From Asterias rubens (taxonomy: Eukaryota), in the NCBI RefSeq assembly GCF_902459465.1, contig NC_047066.1, positions 17,298,001 through 17,362,000 of the forward strand: a DNA stretch of 64,000 bases, written 5' to 3'. Each line of letters opens with the position of its first letter. The stretch's first letter is position 1. The notes beneath the pieces were generated by a model. The model saw nothing but the letters and a program-made list of their open reading frames with translations. It made no database searches and was not told where the DNA came from. The position numbers were made by a program, and so were the translations under genes. Shown here in pieces: positions 11,525-64,000 of this stretch.

Positions 11525-12600
11525 AATGAAATAATAATAATAATAATAATGAAAACTTATCCATCAAAGTGCTCTCGGGCGCTTAAATCGAACAATAACA
11601 TTAAAATTATGTACAATAACCAAAATTAAAATGTACATGTAAGCCTAATTTGAGAAGAAATCTAGAACATGTGGTATAGAAATACAATACAAATGCAATA
11701 TTCAAGAAAACATCAAAGGTAATGAAAATAACAAAATCAAATCATTTACTCAAATGCCTGTTTGAAAAAATGTGTATTAAGTTTTGGGTGAGAATGTCTA
11801 TGTACCTCTTTCTAACACAAAACACAATGTCCACAGATTTACATTAAACTTACACAATTTGAATATAATGATAGTAGAAGGCTTCTCTTAAAATATTACT
11901 TACTGAGGTGCTGTAGTTTTTTTAAATTAGTGCAACAGTGTCACAAAAATCATTTACGTCTCAGTTTTAGCATGTAAAAACATTTTAACCAGTTATGGAA
12001 ATGTCACTGAGACGTAAATTGTTCTGTGACTTGTTTTACTCATTTCTCAAACACAGCACCTCAGTTAGTAGTATTTGAATGGAAGCTTTCAAACCGTGTT
12101 AATGTTTTATGTAAATCAGTGGACATTTTGAAAAAATATCTGAATCCTTTAATTAAAGAAACAGATGAGTTTTTTAGTGCAGGCACAAATGTTTCATAGA
12201 CGTGGGGAAGCATGTGAGAAAGATCGGTCTCCCCATGAATGATTGGATGTGGGCTCGTTAAGGAAGCTAGAATTGCAAGACCAGAGTTTGTGCCACACAA
12301 ACTCCGGTCTCACAATATGGGTTGGATCATTAATATATGCAGGGGCATTGTTGGTGAGCAATTTATACACAAGAAGCTGAAATTTATACTTAATACATAT
12401 AATACATGTACTTCGGCTTACCAGTAACCAGTGTAATTCTTTTAAAATTGGCGTTATATGACAGGACTTTTTAGTTAAGGTAATTACACGAGCAGCATTG
12501 GTCTGAATACGGTGAAGACGATCAATTTGAGTAAGGAAGACCATAATAGAAGCGAATTACACATATCCAGTCTGGAAACTACGACAGGGTGGTCAACCAT
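11525..12600 (-). mobile_element. L2-clade LINE 3' fragment interrupted by a MITE (11790-12050)
   Basis: SRLDMCNSL..RIQTNAARVIT..HITPILKELHWL..WGDRSFSHASPRLWN; KTHFFKQAF at ~11750-11785; (ATT)n tail at ~11530. Confidence 0.8.
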
Positions 12601-12775
12601 TTAAATGCACACAGGTGCTCAGGTGCATTTTGTGTTAAATATTTCCATACTTTGCCTATATTAGGAATGTGATACATTTATGTCATAAAACCGGCAATAC
12701 GAGAAGTATGGGAAATAAGTGTCACGGAAGAGTCGAATATCACACCAAGATTACAAGCTTTTGTAACAGCGTTAA

Positions 12776-13151
12776 AGGCAGTGGACACTATTGGTAATTA
12801 CTCAAAATAATTATTAGCATAAAACCTTACTTGGTAACGAGTAATGGGAGCATTTGATGGTATGAAACATTGTGGGAAACGGCTCCCTCTGAAGTGCCAT
12901 AGTTTTCGAGAAAGAAGTAATTTTCAACGAATTTGATTTCGAGACCTCAGATTTAGAACTTGAGGTCTCTAAATCAACCATCTAAACGCACACAACTTCG
13001 TGTGACAGGGGTGTTTTTTCTTTCATTATTATCTCGCAACTTCAACGACCGATTGAGCTCAAATTTTCACAGGTTTGTTTTTTATGCTTATGTTGAGATA
13101 CACCAACTGTGAAGGCTAGTCTTTGACAATTACCAAAAGTGTCCACTGCCT
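12776..13151 (+). mobile_element. Kolobok-like MITE family 1, full length
   Basis: TTAA|AGGCAGTGGACACT..AGTGTCCACTGCCT|TTAA. Confidence 0.9.
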
Positions 13152-13365
13152 TTAATGGAGTTTTTTAGTTTCCGTCTGACTAAGAATAAACTCTGTTTAT
13201 TTTTTTTAAAGAGGTATCTAAGGAATTCCATAGCTTAGGCCCTTCACGTTTGACACTTTTTTGAGTTAGTTTGGTACGAACATATGGATGATGAAAAATC
13301 AGTCACTGCATAATAAAGTGATAGTGAATATCTAGATTTTTGCTGAACATTGAACATACATGTAC

Positions 13366-14495
13366 AGGGCCGTAACTACGAAAGCCGTTTAACCCATTAG
13401 ATGCGTATAAATGAGTAGTCACTGTATAAACCCTCGTGTCCAACTTCAAACAGGTACTACAAAGCTTGCTTTTAGTTAGCCGCGTTTAAATGACCATTAG
13501 AGTTAAACATGTGTTTATAACAAACAATAGCAATTCTTAAACATGGTACGGGGGTTGTTTAGTGAGTATTCTGAGCCATTTAGAAGCCAGATATGTACAC
13601 AGAAAGGTATAAAGGTGGACAGGATGGATGGGCTCCAAATTTTCTTAATTGCACAAGAGGAGGATGACGAACAAGAAAATCGTCATGGTCGCCAACACCA
13701 GCGTCCACCAAAATTGTTTAGGGACAAGGTGAATCCCTTAGAAGAGTATGAAGAAGAGCACCTTGTTAATGGCTTTTCCTGATGGTTTAACAAACAAACA
13801 AACAACTTTGTAGTTTAATCAGGAATTAAATTGACGATCTTGGCCAGCTGGGTATTTTTTATTTTTTTATGTCGATTTTTATTTTATTTTTTTCCTTTTG
13901 GTAACAATTGATTTTCGATTTGCAGTTATTTCCTTGACCCACCAATCCACAATTTCGAACAAAAATCTAATTTGTTTCACACTGACTAATTGTAGTCCTT
14001 TGCAGATCGGTTTTTACGGTCAGGAATGAAGTGATAGCTTTCCAGGTGTCACCTTTTTTCTGGTTGGCTTTAGTGTCACATCGTTTGTCACCAATAATGG
14101 AAATGAAGTCCCTCATGGTCTCAACGAGAGCCATCCTTTCGTCAGCAGTGAAGTTGTCACTGCGTTGCTTTTAATCAGCCATGGCTGTAGAGTATCGAAG
14201 TAACGACCTGCTGAAGATTTTTCTATACTGATGCCTATCATATGTTCATGTTGTTGCGCAATCCTCTATCTACATTACAATGTATTTAACAATAGGGACC
14301 TCGGTCAATAAGTTTAGACTGTCCTATATCCTTGTGTAACTAGCTAGTTACACAAGGATAACTAAGCAACTATTTAAGATATTTCGTAAGACTTGTTTAA
14401 TTCAGGTGTTTAGGAAGACTCGTGTAACTTGGATTTATCCACGTCTATATACTACACTAGTATAAAGATAAACGCCTTTCGTAGTTACAGCCCCT
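13366..14495. mobile_element. PIF/Harbinger deletion derivative
   Basis: TIR AGGG(G)C(C/T)GTAACTACGAAAG; plus-strand transposase N-terminus KLFRDKVNPLEEYEEE (13590-13780); convergent minus-strand Myb/SANT-like start QRSDNFTADERMALVE..NQKKGDTWKAI (13975-14182, early stop); no clear TSD. Confidence 0.8.
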
Positions 14496-14977
14496 AGTGT
14501 TATGACAGTTTTGCATTATGAAGCAGATGCATGAGGTCCCAAGCTGTAAAAGATAAATAATATCGACGCCTATAAGTGTTTTGTGTACATGTATGTGAAA
14601 TAAAGGATTGCTGTGAGCCCAGTTATCAGTATGATAATTCCATAGAGATAATTCTAAGTGCCCTTTTTTGAAAGGTAATAACTTGACTAATTTTACCTAT
14701 TCCACATTTACCCCATGCCAAGATGCCATAACTAAGGTAAAACTAAAGCATTGTAAAGAGTAAATAAGATACTATTAGGGAAACAAGTTTTAAGTTGTTG
14801 AAATGTTTTGAATTTGCTTATTCCCAGAGAGAGATTGATCAATAGGCCTATACAATCCTAACAAAGTTACACTAGTGTTTTCTGTGTTTTTTTATACTGA
14901 AGAACATAAATCTAGCTTTCTAAATGTTAAGAGACGACCTATTGGCTTTTAATTGGGCCACTCATTGACATTTTTAA

Positions 14978-15339
14978 AGCCATTGGGCACTTTTGGAACA
15001 GATTTTTTTTTTTCACAGATTTACAAATAACTTGCAGGGTTTACAGAAGGTAATGGTGAAAGACTTCTTTTGAAATATTATTCAATGAAATGCTTTACTT
15101 TTTGAGAAAACATTAAAACAATATCAATTCTCGATATCGAGAATTGCGGATTTATTTTAAACAGATGTCATGGACACGGTGAAACGTGCGGAACCAAAGG
15201 TGGGTTTTCCAGTTATTTTCTCCCAACTCCGATGACCAATTGAGCCTAAATTTTCAGAGGTTTGTTTTTTTATATATAAGTTGTGATACACGAAGTGTGG
15301 GCCTTGGACAATACTGTTTACCGAAAGTGTCAAATGGCT
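14978..15339 (-). mobile_element. Kolobok-like MITE family 2
   Basis: TTAA|AGCCATTGG..AAATGGCT|TTAA. Confidence 0.85.
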
Positions 15340-16432
15340 TTAAGCTGTGTGTTCACCGTTAGAAAAAGTACATCAGGGTTAGGATAAGGATAAAAGAAGT
15401 TGCTGTCATCAGCAAAAAGAATAAATTGAATCATATCTGAGGGTTTATGAAAATCAAGAATAATTGTGTAACAATATTATCAGTAGAGCTGGCCTTAGTT
15501 CACTGATATATTTGTAAATTTTGAGGTGCACATAATTTTATCTTGTATGTGGCACAGTAATTGTTACAATTTAGTACACTGATACAAAGTAATTAAATAT
15601 ACATATTGCAGAGTGGTGGGCAAGGTTATCTTTTCAACCATTAGGAATACAATGTGTTGTTTGATTCTATGGACTTACAAACAGCTATATTGCAGAGTAG
15701 ATGGGGCTCGACTCATTTTCCACCATTAGAGGGATATTATTATTAATCTTCAAGCACACTTGAATCATCATTTCTGATTGGTTGAACCATCCATGGCAAC
15801 AACAGTGTGATATTATACCATACCATAGTGGGCTGTTCAAACTCTGTATATTTTGCCATGTCAAGTTTTCTTGAAGAAAACATTATTACCTCACCACTCC
15901 CATGTGTGGGTCACTGACCATTGTAGTGCTTCGTGTCCCACATACCTTTGACCTTGTGGTTTGTGGGACACAAGCGCAATTTTTCAAGTTCCATAATATA
16001 ATCCCAAGATCGATTGAAATAAAAAATAAATATACATGTACACACTTCTGCATTACAGGGTTGAAAGGTATGCAGATGTGCGGTATTTCCCATCAGCACA
16101 CACAACCAAACAAAATTTTCCACCGGCAAACTTGCACAAACTTATTTTTTGTTTGTTTTTAGTTTGCACAAACAGCAATGTAAAAACAACATGACATACA
16201 TGTCAATACAGGGTTCATTTATGCAGAATATAGGTCTATAGTACATAGGATTGCAACAAATTAAACACTGCTCTTGTCCAAAACGCGTTTGCTGGAGAAC
16301 AAAGTGTTTCAACTCATACATATTCATGACCAAAAGTTGAACTCTCACTGGTCTATTCATCATCACATGCCAGGAGCTACTTTTGCAATTTAACAAGCGT
16401 GCAGGTGTGTATTCGTGCACCTGTTAAATGCA

Positions 16433-16916
16433 CATGACAAGTAGACTATTAGCTATTAGCACCAGGGCCCTACTTGTACTGCGTATTACCATGTGCATGA
16501 CTAGGCAGCCCAGGTGATAGTTACTTGTCGTGACAAGTAGACTATTAGCTATTAGCACCAAGGCCCTACTTGTACTGCGTATTACCATGTGCATGACTAG
16601 GCAGCCCAGGTGATAGTTACTTGTCATGACAAGTAGACTATTAGCTATTAGCACCAAGGCCCTACTTGTACTGCGTATTACCATGTGCATGACTAGGCAG
16701 CCCAGGTGATAGTTACTTGTCATGACAAGTAGACTATTAGCTATTAGCACCAGGGCCCTACTTGTACTGCGTATTACCATGTGCATGACTAGGCAGCCCA
16801 GGTGATAGTTACTTGTCATGACAAGTAGACTATTAGCTATTAGCACCAAGACCCTACTTGTACTGCGTATTACCATGTGCATGACCAGGCAGCCCAGGTG
16901 ATAGATACTTGTCATG
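16433..16916. repeat. 96-bp minisatellite, ~5 copies
   Basis: catgacaagtagactattagc..gttacttgt unit; gives the 32-aa periodic ORF 16424-16948. Confidence 0.95.
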
Positions 16917-17678
16917 CCCTTTACGATTGTGCTGTTGTACACATGCACATTGGTATAGCAATATCAAACACACACAAATAAACTTATCGTGGTGCATTTT
17001 ACAGTCGTCATTTCACCTTGCTCCAAATAATATTGTTCCGGTAAATAGTCAATATTAGCTCCCCTTGGTATTGAAAGTTGACAAACTTGTTCCCGAGGCG
17101 ACCTAATATTTGAGAGTCTCTAATCCCTTGGTTGTACAAGTTTTGACATAATACATGTAAGTTCTCTGGGTAGGCCCCTCTTCTGGTCACTCAAAGTTCC
17201 TCGGGGGAATAGTTGTACACTAGTTACCTCATTGCCAGTCAAAATGTGTAAACTATTCACCCTCAAACCACGCTATATTTGTGTATTTCTATAGCTCATA
17301 CATATTCATGATCAAGAGTCAAGTTATTACTTGTCCATTCATCATCACTTGCCAGGCGCTAATTTTGATATTTACCAAGCGCGTACGCGAGTAATCAGGC
17401 ACATGGTTTATGCGCATGACAAGTAGAATAGCGACCGGGAAGCGCCCAGGCAGCCCGGGAGCTACATGTATTCTACTTGTCATGCGCACTAACCATGTGC
17501 GACCATTCACCCCGGAGCTATTCTACTTGTCATGCACTTTACGATCGTGGTACTGTTGTACACACGCGCGAACATCACAAGAACAAACTTATCATGTTTC
17601 ATTTTATTTCACAGTCGTCATTTTCCCTTGCTCTAAACAACTGAATATGTATGTATGAAGTATAGTAAAATAAATATA

Positions 17679-17830
17679 ACATGGTATATTTCGGGTGACT
17701 AGTCGATATGAGCTCCCCTCGGTATTGGAAGTTGGCAAACTAGTTGCCTCGGCTTCGCATCAGGAACTAGTTTGTCAACTTCCAATACCTCGGGAGCTTA
17801 TATCGACTAGTAACCCTCAAACCATGTTAT
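17679..17830. mobile_element. hairpin repeat with GGCTTCG-type loop
   Basis: actagtcgatatgagctccc..ggtattggaagttg / caacttccaatacc..gggagcttatatcgactagt inverted arms; related pieces at 17050-17110 and 60900-60965. Confidence 0.7.
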
Positions 17831-17911
17831 ATTTGTATATTGTTCTATGAACTGACACACAACTTATTGCAGCTAGAAATACAGAGGTGGAATACAAATA
17901 ATGAATTCAAG

Positions 17912-62635
<44,724 letters not shown>

Positions 62636-62664
62636 CTGCTGTTAGATGTAAGGAATAATATAAA

Positions 62665-63116
62665 TTATAACACACCTCTTGCTTTTTCTGTATTCTGGTT
62701 GGCTGAAACACGGTCACGTGGGATGAACTGATATAGTCTAGTAATCACGCGCGCGTGTTTTGCGGGAATAGTACCAGAGCGGGCAATAGTCTTTGAATAT
62801 AGTGCCCGCGGTAACAGCGCCCTCTCTTGACTTGAACCGTGAACAACAACTACAAAATTTCCTTTCATTTCCAGATTTCTGTTCTTATTTGACATTTAAG
62901 ACCAAGCTGTGTTATAAAACACATATTGACTGGCATAATTCGGTAACTAGCAGACGTCTATTCCCCCTCGGGCCTGTGAGTGACCAGAAGAGGGGCCTAT
63001 TTCCCTTGGCCTTCGGCCTCGGGAAATAGGTCCCTCTTCTGGTCACTCAAAGTCCCTCGGGGGAATAGACGTACACTAGTTACATGTACCTTATTGCCAG
63101 TCAATATGTGTATAAT
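62665..63116 (-). mobile_element. hairpin-containing repeat, inverted copy of 30555-30993
   Basis: ttataacacacctcttgct..ctggttggctgaaac start; ggccttcggcc loop. Confidence 0.85.
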
Positions 63117-63538
63117 GGTACATGTATACATGTAGTTCTTACAGTTGAGATGAATTGCATGAAGAGAACGTACGAGTTACCCTTTCAATCCATCCCATCT
63201 CATTTAACACACATTTATATGTATAGTATGTATGTCACTGCTGGTACTCAGTGTGTTCAGAAAGAGTATGTTAGTAGTTGAGAATATGTTTAAGTTGGCA
63301 GTGCAGACAAAGTATTCTGAAAGACAATAAACATGAGGATATATAATAATAAAGACAAAGGCTATGAAAACCCATTCATCTGGTCAAAGAAATAGTCTGG
63401 CTTGGTCTCAATGGTGTCATAATTTGAGTCCCACATCAAACTGTAAACTGACCTATTTAAAATTCTTGTGGTTCTTGATTCAGCCAGATCCTCAATCAAA
63501 GATTGTAACTGGTTTACTTGACAACAATGAGTTCTTAA

Positions 63539-63868
63539 AGGATTTGGGTTCTTTTTATAGCACAGGACACAATGTCAACAGATTCACATTAGACTTACAC
63601 AGTTTGAAGATAATGATGGTAGAAAGATTCCCGTAAAATATTACTTGCTGGGTTGCTGTAGTTTTTGAGAAATGAGTAAAACAATGTCACGAAAATGCGT
63701 TTTAATTTTCGTGACATTGTTTTACTCATTTCTCAAAAACTAAAGCATCTCTATCAGTAACTAATATTTTAAGGGAAGCTTTCTATCATCATTATCTTCA
63801 AACTGTGTGATAAAAATGTAAATCTGTGGACAATGTGTTTTGTGTCCTACAAAAAGTTCACAGGCCCT
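63539..63868. mobile_element. Kolobok-like palindromic MITE family 3
   Basis: TTAA|AGG start; long self-complementary arms. Confidence 0.75.
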
Positions 63869-64000
63869 CTGAAGACAATGTACGGAACAACTATGCAAAA
63901 TTTGATATGCATTGAAACATTAATAGTCTTTCATCATGATACTTCTGCAAACACCAGCTCACACATTACCAGAAGACAATTAAATTGAACAAACTATTCA

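Noticed and set aside
16424-16948. Periodic ORFs in minisatellites (also 26815-27189, 26922-27182, 31715-32122)
   Set aside because: Unit lengths are multiples of 3; no homology and no coding context.

Overview
Eukaryotic, AT-rich, repeat-dense genomic DNA. It is probably from a marine deuterostome such as a sea star; this is inferred from the repeat families and the divergence of the gene, and is not proven. The one clear host gene is TRIM37 (E3 ubiquitin ligase) on the minus strand. I reconstructed 17 coding exons from 62635 down to a probable stop at 17912. All have GT-AG ends and phases that join into one open frame (2361 nt, 786 aa: end of B-box, coiled coil, MATH/TRAF domain, acidic region, divergent C-terminus). 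The RING and most of the B-box lie beyond the right edge. The first ~15 kb is a transposon graveyard: a spliced Crypton-like tyrosine-recombinase pseudogene, an internally deleted DIRS1-like retroelement, a Helitron-like end, SINEs, L2 fragments and a Harbinger deletion derivative. TRIM37 introns carry TTAA-flanked Kolobok-like MITEs, hAT- and Harbinger-like MITEs, a foldback pair, RTE fragments, a degenerate L2 LINE with a 2A-like NPGP motif, and about ten tandem arrays. The most unusual pattern: three TRIM37 5' splice donors are themselves the seed of tandem arrays (3, 19 and ~12 copies, of different apparent ages). One exon also starts with a perfect donor (recursive-splice geometry). There is one assembly gap. 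No rRNA, intact tRNA or CRISPR array was seen.
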